Source: Dipteris shenzhenensis
Taxonomy: Eukaryota
NCBI GenBank assembly: GCA_047967505.1
Contig: CM106538.1
DNA length: 64,000 bases
Strand: one strand, 5' to 3'
The translations under genes were made by a program, and so were the position numbers. The notes beneath the pieces were generated by a model that saw nothing but the letters and a program-made list of their open reading frames with translations, was not told where the DNA came from and ran no database searches. Position 1 is the first letter of the stretch, and the number at the start of each line of letters is the position of its first letter. Positions 27,001 through 41,215 of this stretch are shown piece after piece.

Positions 27001-29836
27001 CTTCTGAATTTTCCAACTCTGAAAGCCAAAAGTGGTGTGAAAACCAGCATCATCTAGCTGACCCACTGAAATAAGACTCTTGGTCAGCTTAGGCACATGT
27101 CTCACATGTTTCAAAACAAATGCAGACCCATTTGCAAAAGAAAACTTTATGTCACCTGCTCGCACTATGTCACATGCATAGTCATTTCCAAGATGCACAC
27201 AACCTGTCTTTCCACTGTCATAAGTGGAGAACCATTCCCTATGGGGAGTAACATGGAATGAAGCACCAGAATCCAAAATCCAATCCTAGGAATATGCATC
27301 ATCTGAAGTGGTAAGCAACTCTGCAGATAAACTAGACATGAAGAGAACGTCATTGTCACTATCATGTGTGACTGCATTGATCTTCTCGATCTTCACTTTT
27401 CCTTTGTCCTCCCTTGGACTCTCTTCCTTTTGATTTGCACCCTAATCTGCATTCTTTTTCTTATCCTTTTGCTCTCTTTTCAGCTTGTAGCAATCCTTTT
27501 TCATATGGCCCTTCTTGCCACAGTGGTAACACACAATGTTCCGTGCCCTGGATTTGCTACGTGACTTCCCTCTTTCTTGGGACTTCCCCTTGAATTGTGA
27601 TCTGCCCCTTTGCACATTTAAGGCTGCATCCTGCTTGTTGCCATCCATAGACTTCCGTCTAATCTCCTCGGCCAACAAGCTACCCACAACATCATCAAAT
27701 TTCAGTACTCCACCAGGTGCAGAGTTACTGACAGCTGTACGGAAGGTATCCCATGAGGATGGCAATGAACATAAGAGAAATATTGCCTTAGTCTCCACAT
27801 CAAAATTCATCTTCTGAGCCTAAAGCTGGCTGAAAATAATATTGAATTCATTCAAGTGAGAAGCAATGGAGACCCCTTCCTTCATCTGCAGCTCAAACAA
27901 CCTCTTCATGAGGTAAACTTTATTAGAGGCAGTTTCCTTCTCATAAGTGGCACACAGTTTCTTCCACAAATCTTCCGTAGTCTGCTCATTTACTACTGTG
28001 AAATAAACTGACTCTGCAAGGTGAAGTCTAATAGTAGACTTTGCTAATGCATCCAACTCATTCCAATCATCCTCAGACATATTTGCAGGCTTAGCTTCAA
28101 TCCCTGCCAAGGGTTTAATCTACTTCTTTTGAATAAACACATCCCTTATTTGTTCTTTCCACAAAGAAAAGTTTGTCCCATCAAACTGTTTAATGCTGAA
28201 AAACTCCTTTTCAAACATGGAAGAGGATGCCATGATGCAAATGAAACAAAATCCCAAATGCTAGTGCCTGCAAGAGAGAATCACACCAAATACCAGGTGC
28301 ACCCAAATGTGTATGCCACAATAGAGTGAAATATCACCAAAACTCAAAGCTCAAACTGACTCATGTGCATATACTATGCATCCATATGAGCAAATCTGGC
28401 CAAAAAGAAAATGCCAATAAGTGCCAAATGACTCAAGCATAAACACCGTGTCCACTAGCATATGCATCAATAATATCTCATCCAAGAGAGCATAGCACTA
28501 TCAGTGCATCACCTGCAATGTGTCAAAGCTGTCCCTTAGCATAAAATAGCATCAATGTGCAAAGCGTCCATAAAAATAGCATCCCACAAGGCAATTTGGG
28601 CCTATCAGCGCATCCAATAAGGACCGCAATCCATCCAAATGGCCTATAAATCATCCACTGCAACCCAATGCACACCACGAATGAGCGCACACTGCTCAAA
28701 CTACAACCAGAGTGATCTGCATAAGGTATGCTCAAGAAATCATAGTCCCACGGTAATGACCGCTACTGAAAATAGAACCTGAGTTGCCTCAAAACATGGT
28801 CGCCATTGCATAATCGGAATCGGCAAGAAAATCTGCAAATATCTCTCTTCTGCCAGAACTCCAAAATCCCAACCGATGAGTGAGAAATGGGAGTCAATAC
28901 TTATCCACTGCCATGTGGCATAAATCTAAGGTTTCAAAACCTTAGAATGAGAAATGCATAACAGAGAGACGAAATCGAATACACAGAGATCTATAACTCT
29001 GAAAATCCTCCACCGAATCGTGCAAGAACTGACAAGTAGGGGTTTTTGGGCGTCCGGAATGCAATGGGACAGACGGTTTTGGAAACCGTGGTCTCAATCA
29101 CTGGGTCCAACACATGGATTGAAAAACGTTTTTGGAAACAGAGCTATTTGTAAACTCCATCGGAGTGCGAATGATGAGCAACATAGAAGTTTTAGGACCT
29201 CCTGAGTCCACCGGAAGTGACAGATCTACAAATGGTTGCTCCAAACTTGAGTTCCAACACCCAGGCAAAAAACGCAGAAACTGACACAATGAGTCAGAAA
29301 TCCAATGAAATGATCCCAAATTCAAGAATGAATGTGTTTCCAAGCTCCTGAAGTGAAGTGGACACCAAAAGCAAGCAATAGTTGCCTCTACAAGTCAATA
29401 TGGAGTCTCTATCATCGAACGGAACAGGGAAAAGCTCAAAAAACGACTTTTTCTTTGAAAACACTTAACAGGCTCTCAAAACCACTTCGCAAAACTAAAG
29501 TAACTTTTCCAAAGGTTCCTCCAAGGTCTCTGCACACTCGGATGCAAGTAAAGTCGCCCACAAAGCTTCCCATAGAGCTTCTCCTTCCTCCCACAGAGCT
29601 ACTGAGCTTCAAGCATTCATGCACACTCAGCTGGATCACCCGGGCTCTAATACCAGTTGAGAGTGCTCTCAACGGAAGCAAGAACGGAAGAAGGAGAGAG
29701 AGACAAAGACAGAGACAGAGAGCCACAAGTTTTGGTGGGTGCAGAACCACCCTAATCTTCTTTTTCATTCATTTATATATGTGTTTGAGTATTGTACATA
29801 ACCGGGGTAAAGGCACAGTGACCTTTAACCCCCACA
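23948..29836 (-). mobile_element. Full-length but inactivated Ty1/copia (Tork/Tnt1-like)
   Basis: LTRs 23948..24134 and 29658..29836; TSD aacta/aactg (4/5); PBS (plus gctctaatacca); PPT (plus acctcccactt); gag-PR-IN-RT-RH split over ORFs 27820..28110, 27442..27810, 25999..27276, 25466..25927, 24456..25571, 24188..24412. Confidence 0.95.
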
Positions 29837-31585
29837 AACTGGTGGTGGGGAAAACCTCAAAGCTTTTAGTTAAGCCACAAAGATGTGATGGAGGTCCATG
29901 CCCTCACTGAGCTACTCTAGGAAATCTTTCACAAGTGGGGAAGGGACAATCCCAAGCACACCTAGGGAGGAAACACCTGGCTTGATCCAAGGTGCCAAAT
30001 ACAGACAAAGAAACAAGGTCATAACCCCAATGGCAGCCTCTATTTTGGCATACATATTGTTCAATGGGCATAGACCAACGAGTTGACCTCACCCAAATGC
30101 CTCTTTTAAGATGGTGGTCATGGATGGATTTTGAACCTATGAAGGCCTCCGATGATAACATTGTATCTAATTTTTCACAGCTTTATTTTGAAATGGTGGG
30201 TACCTCCTACACACTTGCAACACTAATGGAGGAATTTAATACTACTTTTGTGATAGTCCCAAATCTAGTAGTTGGGGCTACCGCTCATCAATTTTCTGAG
30301 GGACATTCCTACTCAAGAGCCCACCATGGAAGAAAATCTTCAGTGCCTGTCCTCTAAAATTGTCTTTGACCACAACACCAGCCCTCAATTTTTGCAGATT
30401 ATACATGTTTATTTACATGTCTGCAATCTTCATGGTCATCACATCCAGAGCTTTGAAAATATGTCTCAAAACACATTTTTGGAAGCCTCTCCATCCTTTT
30501 TTCCACATCTCCCAAAGGCTCTTTGACTGCCACTACATCGTGAACAATGCCCTAAAGTCTGACGTCATGCACTGATTCCAATCCATAGATGGATCATGAC
30601 CAGGAAGGCGGGCATGTTAACCGCAAATAAGAGATCCACCTTGAAGCTGTATGGGCCCAAGTTCTTCTAAAAATGAGAGAGAGAGAGAGAGAATAGGGTT
30701 GGCCCTCCCTTCAAAAGGTGGAATGTATAAAAGGCCAAATGGTTGACTTTGGTCTTCATTGTTGTATGCACAAGTTTGGAACAAGAGGTCTCTCTTTCTC
30801 TTTGAGAGTGTTTTTCCTTTGTAGTGCCCTTGTGATCTCCATTCCATCCCCCTTCATTCCCCTCTTCTCTTCTCTCCTCCCCTCCCTTCCTCCATCTGCC
30901 CTTCTCCTTTCCCTTCATATAGAAACGCATTGTGACAATTTGGGAGTCTCAAGAGTGACACTTGAGGATGGTTCATGCTTGCATTACTCCCACAAGAAGT
31001 AGGAGGAGGAGAGGTTTCCTCAGCATTCCTTCAATATCCCCGTAGCATGAGAGTCACCACCAAGCCATATCAAGTGCATCTATGTTTTAACCTTTGACTT
31101 GTAGAAGTTTTGTTGGTTGCTAGGATTAGAATGGTTGTATGATTGGGAAGGGAATATATTGGTTGAGACTTTGATGAGAATTGATTTTTATCATCACCAT
31201 CTTAAGAAGTTGTTACATATGAGTTGATGCATTTGTATTGGATGTAATATGAGGTAGCTATTAGCTCTTTGAATTCATCCATTCTCCATTTCCCTTCTCC
31301 ACGCATGGCACTGCTTCCTTCAATTTTTTTTGTAACATTGGTTGTGGTTGTCTTGTTAATGTCCCTAGAATGCAATATGATTTTAGGATCCCACAAAAAA
31401 ATAAGGACAATCACAACCAATATCAAACATCTTAAGTGATGATGAATCTTCCAAGCTATCACACCAATGTTTCTCAATCAACTGAGGGCTAAAGTTTGTG
31501 AATTTTCTGGTAACCCGATGTAGTGAGACCTGAACAATAGACGCAATTAAGAGTTGAAGGTGGGTCAGGGTGCCACATCCTTTGC

Positions 31586-32110
31586 CTATTCATAATTAGA
31601 AGTGCAATGCTTACCTGAACACTCGCCATAGCCTGGGAAGTCATGCATCGTCCACATCAAGACTGCTTTGCAGTTGAAGTCTCGTGACGAGGGAGGCTTG
31701 CTCACATCATGCACCTCGATACCTCTCCAAAGTATCTCTAGCTCATCAATCAAAGGCTCCAAATAAACATCAGGGTTTTTGACTTTATGTTTCCCTGGAA
31801 TTAGAAGGGACAGCATAACATGTCCTTTCTTAATAGCCATAGAGGGTGGAAGATTATAATTCACCAATATCACTGGCCATACACTGTAAGAGATGCTTTT
31901 GAGACCAAATGGGTTCACACCGTCCATACCCAATCCAAGTCTCAAGCTCCTAGGTTCTTCCTTGAAGCTTGGCCATGTGTCTTCAATATGCTTCCATGCA
32001 GGAGAGTCCGTGGGAGTTCTCCACTTGCCATCGGTTGATCGATGGGAGGAATGCCATGACATGAGCTCTGCAATAGATTTGCACTTGAACATATGTTGGA
32101 TGCGAGGGAT
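31586..32110 (-). mobile_element. CACTA/En-Spm transposase (Tnp2/Transposase_21) fragment
   Basis: MSWH..DSPAWKHI...EEPRSLRLGLGMDGVNPF...SVWPVILVNYNLPP...YLEPLIDELEILW...WTMHDFPGYG, followed by a GTAAG donor-like site. Confidence 0.9.
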
Positions 32111-32587
32111 TATGGGAGATCCACAAGCTCTTCAACGATGATGAAGTATCCTTCCACACTTATCATGATGGTTTTAGATTAAAAGACCTTATGCTTGTTT
32201 GAAGGTCTACTTCTTGACCAAGTATCTTAAAGCTATTGCCTTAGGTTATATTCACAATTGTTGTAGGCATTCTAGTAAATACGAAAATGTTATATCCAAT
32301 GTTGTCCTTAGTTAAAAGTCTATTAAAAAGAGTGTGACAACATAGGCCATAAAGGTTGAATTTTTTCATCCATGTTGAGGTGCTAATCAATTGGCTCTTC
32401 TATTAGAGCTTGAGCAAAATTCCCATATGGTCTTGCTCTTACATTGGTGCATCTGTTGGCCATTTTTGCCCAAATAGAGTAATGAATTCTTTAGAATCAC
32501 CTTTCCTTAAGGACACTGGCATGAATGCACATGGATTAAATTCAAGGTTGGTATCTTTTTGTATGGCATACAATTGTTAATTTTAGT

Positions 32588-32770
32588 TCATGAATTCCAT
32601 GCCCATGTAATCAGAATAATCATGTGTCTTCTTGTATGGCATACACTTGCTGAATTTTATTCATGGATTCCATGCCCATGTAATCAGGATAGTCATATAG
32701 ACCCTATTGTTGAATTTCATTCATGGATTCCATGCCCATGTAATCAGGATAATCATATAGACCCTATGGT
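32588..32770. repeat. About 60-bp tandem repeat, three copies
   Basis: tcatg(g/a)attccatgcccatgtaatcag recurs at ~32588, ~32661 and ~32721. Confidence 0.8.
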
Positions 32771-32996
32771 TTTTATTATGAAAATTTCCACATTAGAAAG
32801 TGATCGATCCCTTTTGGTTTGGGATTCCACTTGGGCTTCAATATTGAGGCTAGGATGTTCAATAGTGAGGCTCAAAAGTGATGTTGGAGTGTTCAATGAA
32901 TTCGGGATGGTCAATGACCATTCTATCCTTCAGACATTGGAAGTTCAGTGGAGCTATAGAGGGAGGTGGAGTCAAAGGTGGGGAAGGGGATTATCC

Positions 32997-33200
32997 TTCC
33001 AACCTATTACATGCACAATAGGTTGGAGGGAGATCGCCCCCACCCCCCCAAAACCTATTGAATGCGCAATATGTTTTGGGAGGGGAGGAGATCCCCCCCC
33101 CAAAACCTATTGTGTGCACAATAGGTTGGGGGGCATCATCACCCCCATCCCTCCCCACCCCCCCTCCCAAACCTATTGTGTGTGCAATAGATTGGGAAAG
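32997..33200. repeat. Four palindromic units (aacctattgtgtgcacaataggtt-like) separated by G/C runs; probable CACTA subterminal repeats
   Basis: Units at ~32999, 33051, 33102, 33168; about 0.9 kb from the CACTA transposase fragment. Confidence 0.7.
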
Positions 33201-33334
33201 GTTTATATGTACCCCACCTTCTTAAGAGAATTGTTCATCCATTGATGTTCTAGCTTTAAAGATGGTTTTACTTAAAGGTGTATTTTTACACCAAGAAGGT
33301 GTATAAGTACTAATTGGTCATCTATTGATGTTCT

Positions 33335-36300
33335 TGTTAGATACCAATGCTCCACTCTCGTGTAACTATGCGGGAACCAGCTAACTCTACTTGTAAGCCC
33401 CCCATATGAGGAGAAGGCATTTGAGTAGCTCAGTTATCCGGTAGGTCCTGGTTTGGACACCAGATGGGGGCCATGTGTGGCCTGATGGCTGGACGGCTTC
33501 AGATAGAGTTGGCACACCGCCAACTAGGCTACATGCAAGTGCAGGAAGGCATCCCTTAACTGACCGCACTGAGGGTAGACAGAGCATTTCCTGGGGCAGT
33601 CCACTCTCGGGTTGTGGGGCCCGTTTGGAGCCTTAAATGATCTCGGATGGCTCTGGGCCGAACGGAGACCGTACGTCAGTTGCTCTTTTTTGTGCACCAA
33701 TTCTATCGTATGGTTGGTGGCCTATTTCGAGACTGACCCCCAGTCGACCATTTTGGGCGGACTAGGTCAGTCACCCAATTGAGCCTAACCAACTACGACT
33801 GGTGGCTATATAAGAGCAAGCCCGTGAAGCCCATTTCATCATTGGCTACAGCAACCCTGATTCCTTAGCATCCATTCTCCGTCTTCTACTGTTTCCAGCA
33901 CGCCATCGAAGCTTCTTTCACAGGAGCGCATGGTTGGGAGGCAGCGCCATCTATTGTATCAGTTCTACAGTAATCAAATTTTTTGATTCTCCATATTATC
34001 TTGTTTTCTCTCTTGCGTACAAGATCCTCTTATCTGTTCAGCACAGACGTTGTATTATTTTCTTACATGGTATCAGAGCTTGGACTCTAGCAAGAAGATT
34101 TGGTAGTGTGTTTCTGTTTGCGATTGCGAGCAGATTGTGAGAGATAGCCCAGCCCGCAAGACTGTGAATCCCACTGTTCGGTGAAAGCGGAAAGTTGGAC
34201 GGCTCTAACTATCCACTTTGGAAGTTCAAGATGAAGACCATCCTAAGTGCATATGAGCTTTGGGACACTACTATTGGGGTAGACATGAGGCCGGTTGCGA
34301 GACCGGATCCAGCCAATGCAAGACAACAGATAGTACCAACTGTGGATGAGATTCTCGCATGGACAAGAAGAAATGCAGATGCGCTGTGTTCTATTGTCTG
34401 CAGTGTTAGTGATTCCATCATGGCGTTAATTCAACATGTCACCACATCGGAGGAGACATGGACGGTCTTGAAAAATTAATACAAGACCACGAATCAGATG
34501 CGGATTCAGAATCTGGAGACTCAACTCGTGAACGAGAAGTTGTCTGAGTCTGAAGCGACAGAGAAGTTCATCACCAGGGTGAAGAATCTGCGCGATCAGA
34601 TGACTGCGATTGGCATCACCATCACCAGCGAGAATCTAGCATGAAGGTGCATACGGATTCTCCCACCAAAGTACAATGGTCTTGTTACGGTGCTAAATAC
34701 GCAGAATAGAAATCCGCCCCTCAACTTTGAGGATTTCAGCACGATGCTTCTGGAGGAGGAGATGCCTCAAAAGACGAGGACTGGAAAAGATTCGACTTTC
34801 TCGACCGGATCAAAGAAAGGTAAGGGTAAGGACTCTGGTAACCCATCTTCTTCTGATGATAAAAAGAGAAAGAAGAAGATCAAGTGCTTCTATTGCAACA
34901 AGGCAAGGCACAAGCAGAACGAGTGCCGAAAGAAGATTGTAGGTGAGAAGTGAGAAGAACGAAGTAAAGAAAGAGTCCAGCAACAACGTGCAGGCAGTAC
35001 TAATAGAGCTGTTCGTAGCAATTGAGGAGATTTGCACAGAGGTAGTTCATGTACCTGCGGATGATGAACCTTGGATCATTGACAGTGGTGCATCACGCCA
35101 CATGACCAGTCAGAAGGATTGGTATACCTCTCTACAGCCGATAGGGAATGACATTCTGGTAGCAGTCGGCAATGATGCAAAATGTCTAGCAAAAGGAAAA
35201 GGTATGATTGCTCTCAAGTCAGATGGAGTTGTAAAATAGTTGTCCGATGTTCTTTATGTGCCAGATATCAAGAGGAACTTGTTGTCTGTTTTCGCGATCA
35301 CGGATCGGGGACTCAAAGTTCAATTCGATAAGAATGGTGCACAGATTCTGGATCTTCAAGGGAAGGTTGTTGGTAAAGGTATACGGTGCAACAACATTTA
35401 CGAACCCTCAACTTTCAGTGCTCGAGCGGATGTGAAGAACACTAAGCTATGGCATGAGAGGTTTGGTCATCTAAACCTTAGTTCTTTGAAGGAGATGCAT
35501 AAAAGTGGAATGATTGCAGACCTACCAGAAATTTCAGATCTGCCCGATGTATGTGAAGCTTGCATGATGGGCAAGCAGCATCGGCATCCCTTTCCTAAAG
35601 AGGCCAGCAAGGCAAAGGCTCCTCTAGAGCTCGTACACATGGACCTCTACAAAAAGATGGAGACGGAAGCTTTGGGTGGTTCCTACTACTTCATGACACT
35701 GATCGACAACTACAATAGAAGGATATGGATATACTTCCTGAAGACTAAAGACGAGGCTTTTAGTAGGTTCAAGGAATGGCATGTAATGGTCAAGAAAGAT
35801 ACGGGGAGGAAGGTGAAGAAGTTGAGATCAGATAGAGGTGGAGAGTTCACATCAACTGAATTCAAAAGTTACTACAAAAGTCATGGAATCAAGAGGTAGA
35901 AACCCCTGCCACATACATCACAGCAAAATGGAGTAGCAAAACGCAAGATGCGCGTCATCTGCAAAATGGGCCGGAGTATGATGAAAGGGAAAGATTTGCC
36001 AAAGACTTTCTAGGCTGATGCATGTAACACTGCAGTTTACATCTTGAATCATAGCTACACGAAGGCTGTGAATGGGATGACTCCACTGCAAGCCTTTTTT
36101 GGTAAGAAACCTTCAACTGCATATTTCAGAGTTTTTGGATGTGACTGTTTTGTGCATGTCCCTGATGCTACCAGGACCAAATGGGAACCGAAGAGCTAGA
36201 AGTGTATTTTCTTGGGTTACAGTGTGAGGAGGCGAAGGTTACCGTCTCTATAACCCTGTTACCAAGAAAGTAATTGTAAGTCGCGATGTGGTCTTCTCAA

Positions 36301-38910
36301 AACAGTCGCATCGATTGGAGGAGGATGCTTCCTTCCCAGACAACGAGGACCAGGATATCCATCTAGTACCGCCACCAATAGCAGACCGAACTCCCCCAAT
36401 GGTGCTTGGGAGGATTCAAGACAAAGAAGATGAAGAAGAGCCTGCAGAACCACAACAGCAACGGCCATTCCCGAAGTGGCTAAAGCAGCTTTTGGACAGT
36501 AGAGAACCTCCAGCCATTGAGGAGGAACCATCCGAACACCGCCGGTCCAAGAGATTAGAAGAGCAAAGAAGGACGCACGAACACTTGGTCAACTATGCTT
36601 TGATGACAGAAGTGATTCGTGCTAATGAACCCAAGTGTCTTGAAGAGGCATAGGGTGATGATAGGTGAATGGAGGCTATGCAGTCGAAGTATGGCTCCAT
36701 AATGAAGAACAACACTTGGGACCTTGTGGATCGACCACCAAAATGTAAGGTAATTGGAACCAAGTGGGTGTACAAGACCAAGTACAAGTCCGACGACACG
36801 TTGGATAAGTACAAGGCTCGGCTCGTGGCAAAAGGATTTGCACAGGTACATGGTTTTGATTATCAAGATACTTTTGCTCCCACAGCTCGACTAACCACAA
36901 TTCACAGTGTTTTGGCTTTAGCTGCCCAGGGAAGTTGGCCCGTGTTTCAAATGGATGTGAAATCTGCCTTTCTGAATGGAGATCTCAAGGAGGAGGTATA
37001 CGTGGAACAACCGCCAGGTTTTGAGATCCCTGGTTCAGAAGGTAAAGTTTGCAAACTGAAGAAGACACTTTAGGGCTGAAACAGGCCCCACGAGCGTGGT
37101 ACCAGCTAATTGATGCCTACTTTTTGCAAAACGGGTTCAAGAGGAGCCCATCTGATGCAAATTTGTACATCTTCAGAGAAGGAGGCACGTGTATGATCGT
37201 GGTCCTTTATGTGGACGACCTTGTCATAACAGGGAACCATGAAAAGAAGATCTCCCAGACGAAGCATTTGCTAGGAAGAGTTTGAAATGACAGACCTCGG
37301 ACTGATGCATTTCTGTTTGGGGATTGAAGTTTGGCAGGAGCCAAAACAGATCTTCATTTCAGAGCTGAAGTATGCTGGAGAGATACTAAAGGCATTTGGC
37401 ATGGCTGAGTGCAAGACAGTTGGTACCCCTATGGAGGTTGACGCGAAGCTCTCAAACGAGGATTCATCACCACTGGTGGACGAAGCGAAGTACAGAAGGC
37501 TTGTGGGCAGCTTGATTTACCTATGCAACACACGGTCGGACATCAGTTTTGCGACTGGTGTACTAAGCAGGTTTTCCAATAAGCCTCGGGAGAACCATTG
37601 GAGGGCAGGGATGCGGGTGCTGAAATACATCAAAGGCACACTTGATTATGGCATCACCTATATCAAGGGCAACATCTTGACCGGATTCTGTGACTCGGAT
37701 TGGGCAGGAGACGTGGACAGCAGGAGATCAGTGACGGGGTACTGTTTCTCACTTGGATCTGGAGTTGTGTCATGGGTCAGCAAGAAGCAACCCACAGTTG
37801 ATCTTTCTTCTACCGAGGCCGAGTACAAATCTGCATGCTTTGCTTCCTGTGAGGCAGTGTGGTTGAATAGGATTTTGGGGGACATGGGTGCAGTGCAGAA
37901 CAAGCCTACGCAGTTATCATGTGACAATCAGAGTTGCATGGCGATTGCAAAGAACTCGGTGTTCCACGCTCACACAAAACACATTGAGATTCAATCTCAC
38001 TTTGTACGCGAGCTCATCATGGATGGAGAGGTCTACTTGGTGTACTGTCCGACTACAGAGAATGCTGCGAACATCTTCACGAAGGCTCTTGGAAGAGACT
38101 TGCTGGAGAGGCATCTTCATCGACTTGGCATTGGGCCGAAAAAGTAAGTTCACTTGTGGGTGGACATTGAGGAGGGGTGTTAGATATCAATGCTCCACTC
38201 TCGTGTAACTACGCAGGAACCAGCTAACTCTACTTGTAAGCCCCCCATATGAGGAGAAGGCATTTGAGTAGCTCAGTTATCTGGTAGGTCCTGGTTTGGA
38301 CACCAGATGGGGGCCATGTGTGGCCTGATGGCTGGACGGCTTCAGATAGAGTTGGCACACCACCAACTAGGCTACATGCAAGTGCGGGAAGGCATCCCTT
38401 GACTGACCGCACTGAGGGTAGACGGAGCATTTCCTGGGGCAGCCCACTCTCGGGTTGCAAGGCCCGTTTGGAGCCTCAAATGATCCCGGATGGCTCTGGG
38501 CCGAACGGGGATCGTACGTCAGTTGCTCTATTTTGTGCACTGATTCTATCGTATGGTCGGTGGCCTATTTCGAGACCGACCCCCAGTCGACCATTTTGGG
38601 CGGACTGGGTCGATCACCCAATTGAGCCTAACCGACTACGACTGGTGGCTATATAAGAGCAAGCCCATGAAGCCCATTTCATCATTGGCTACAGCAACCC
38701 TGATTCCTTAGCATCCAGCCTCCGTCTTCTACTATTTCCAGCATGCCATCGATGCTTCTTTCACAGGAGCGCACGGTTGGGAGGCAGCGCCATCTATTGT
38801 ATCAGTTCTACAGTAATCAAATTTTTTGATTCTCCATATTATCTTGTTTTCTCTCTTGCATACGAGTTCATGTTATCTATTGAGCACAGACGTTGTATTA
38901 TTTTCTTACA
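33335..38910 (+). mobile_element. Full-length, inactivated Ty1/copia
   Basis: 733-bp LTRs 33335..34067 and 38178..38910 (roughly 5% divergent by eye, mostly transitions); TSD GTTCT; PBS tggtatcagagc 34068..34079; PPT gaggagggg; gag (CFYCNKARHKQNEC), PR (WIIDSGAS), IN, RT (YVDD), RH broken by stops and frameshifts. Confidence 0.96.
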
Positions 38911-39450
38911 GTTCTAGCTTTGAAAATAGCATTACGAGTGTATTCATTATTTTTTGACCTTTTTTAAGTTCTAGCATTATGAGTCTATTCATAATTTTTT
39001 GACCTTTTCTAAGTCTAGTTCTAAACTTGGACTTTAGACAAGTCCAAAATTTTTGAATTTAGTGTGTTACTCACATCACTTTCATACCATACCTGCATGT
39101 GGTAGGAGCTTATTCCTACTATCAAGTTGCACCCATTCAATGATTGCTCCTTGTTGTTGCTAATCACTTGCACTCGATACCTCCAATGACTATCTTTATG
39201 CATTTCAATCATCTTCCTTGTTGGCCAAATAGCAACAAATGAAGCATTGGTAGAGTGGGTGGTAGATGGAGAAAAAATCTCTCACTCTATACCACTGAGA
39301 GATGGAGTTGTCTTTGTGCACTCATTTTTCCTTCTTCAAGGCCTCCTTCCATAGACATAGCAGTTTTTGTGGCTAGATGCTCTCATTGAAAGTTCTAAAG
39401 GGAGTATTACAATAAAGGCTTCTCCTCGCTACTACATGGATGGCAATTAG

Positions 39451-41215
39451 TGTTGAGAGTTGTGGTGCCATGAGCACATAATTAGAGGCTAAGGTATGGT
39501 ATAGGAAAGAATCAAAGTAGCCACCCTAGGATGTGGGCTACATGATGTGGAGAAGATTTCCACAAGGAAAAATGTGGATGAGAGGATCCCACATGGTTTG
39601 ACTATTCTAAGGGCTCTCTCTATATAAGAAGCCTATCATGTATTGTTGATTACAAACATTTTGGAATAGATTGAGTGTTTGCTACCATATGTCTTTCTCT
39701 TGGTGTTTTGATCCTCCTTGATCGCTCACTTTGTCATGGTATCAGAGCTCCCTTGCCTTCCGTTGAGGCATTGAGATCCTTGTGAGAGAAATTGGTGTTT
39801 TCATTCTTTCATTCCGTTGATGAGAGAAATTTCCATCCACTTTCAGAGGATTCCATCCATTCTTCCACTATTTTGAGAGAGAGAGAGTTTCCTTGTGTTC
39901 ATTTCTTCGTATGAGTCCTTCCTCAGATTTCAGTTGGAGAGGAAGAGAGATCTATTCTTCTTATTGTGAGAGTTTGACTCTTGAGAGATGTTCTTCTCTT
40001 AATCTGAGAGAAAGATATATTTGTATCATAGATATCTGTCCATTTGATATCATTGTGAGAGAAAGAGTCTGAGAGAGCCTCTCAACGACATCCTACAAGC
40101 CTCTTATTGACTTCTATTGCACCTCCAAGTGGACTGCCAGCAGTCCAACGCCATAGCTGTTGCTATTGATATTTCTTGTAAATTGGGAGGCTCCTTTGCC
40201 TCGTGCATAGCCTGCACCAATGCTGCTGTAGCAAGAGCCTTGATGTTTTGGTTCCTCATGTACGCAGTTGAAGAACAATCTCGAAAGAGCTGAAGAGCAT
40301 GATCAGAAATGTCTCGTTCTAGGACTAGCAAAGAAGACACTTTTACAATTTGAAAGCAAGCTCTCAAATTTTCCACCATGCTCATAGTCCCACCCACAGA
40401 CTCTAGATTAACTGCTCCAGGAGAGCACAGAGGATCCAAAAGGACACGCTCCAGTAAGGCTCTCCATTGACCTACGCTACCCCTACAATAGCCAACTCCT
40501 CTGATCAACTGTGCCTACAATGACTTTTGCACCGCTCTTCTAGAGATAATGCCTGTGCTCCTCTAAGCTCCATCAGCAATTCTCCAGCCTCCTCACAGTG
40601 CAGCTCTGGAAACCACCACCGGATGGTGACTAGCGACCACGAACTCCTTCAATTTAGTTAGCTCCTTAGGTGTTACAAGCCTCGCGACTCTCGCCTCAAC
40701 GATGCTCCTCTCCAACAATGCTCCTACAAAGCCAGCAACACAGCAACGCGCAACGCCATAGCCGCTCTATAGGCACTCCTGCTCCTCACTTCCCCACATC
40801 TCCGTTGCTCCCCGCATCTCCGTTGTCGACCTTCCAGCCTCAAAGTTTTCCTCCTTCTTCTTCTTCTTCCTCTAAGGTTGAACCTTAAGCCACGTGGCAG
40901 TCCCTTGACAAGTTATGTCGCAGATAAGCCACTCAACCACATGACCTTAGGTTAGCCTATGGTTGAGTTCAGTTGTGTGGGTTACCGTGACCATAGTTAA
41001 GTTGAATAAACCTCTAGTTACCATGTGGCATAGTGTCACCTAAGCACATAGCCCCGCTAAGCACAGTGTATTTGTAGCATGTGAATGCCCCTTGTGCCAC
41101 ATCATCATCCCTCTTCTTTCTTCATAAAGACTTCGGCAAGCCATAACTCTCAATCCAGAAAGAATTTGCATGCGCTCCAAAAAGAAAAAATAATCTTTTT
41201 TTCGAGCTCTACGCA
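39451..41215 (+). mobile_element. Truncated relative of the 9319 non-coding LTR element
   Basis: LTR 39451..39736 starts tgttgagagttgtggtgccatgagcac, as does the 9319 element read on the minus strand; PBS tggtatcagagc 39737..39748; 41040..41215 matches the reverse complement of ~10107..10280; no 3' LTR found. Confidence 0.75.

Larger units (their letters stand above)
14920..31072 (+). mobile_element. Large decayed Ty3/gypsy-like (Athila/Tat-type) LTR element hosting nested insertions
   Basis: Diverged direct repeats ~14920..15251 and 30615..31072 (shared aaaggccaaatggttgactttggtcttcattgttgtatgca ... gagtcaccacc); PBS-like gtgccatttccggggag after the left copy; purine tract aggaaggcgggca before TG at 30615; gag remnant inside. 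Confidence 0.65.

Noticed and set aside
32997-33200. CRISPR-like repeat-spacer appearance
   Set aside because: Eukaryotic TE context, degenerate repeats, low-complexity related spacers, no cas genes
32559-33245. 228-aa ORF with repeated WIPCPCNQD
   Set aside because: Translation of tandem DNA repeats, not a plausible gene
33387-33587. Duplicated small ORF (also 38230..38460)
   Set aside because: Antisense frame inside the two LTRs of one copia
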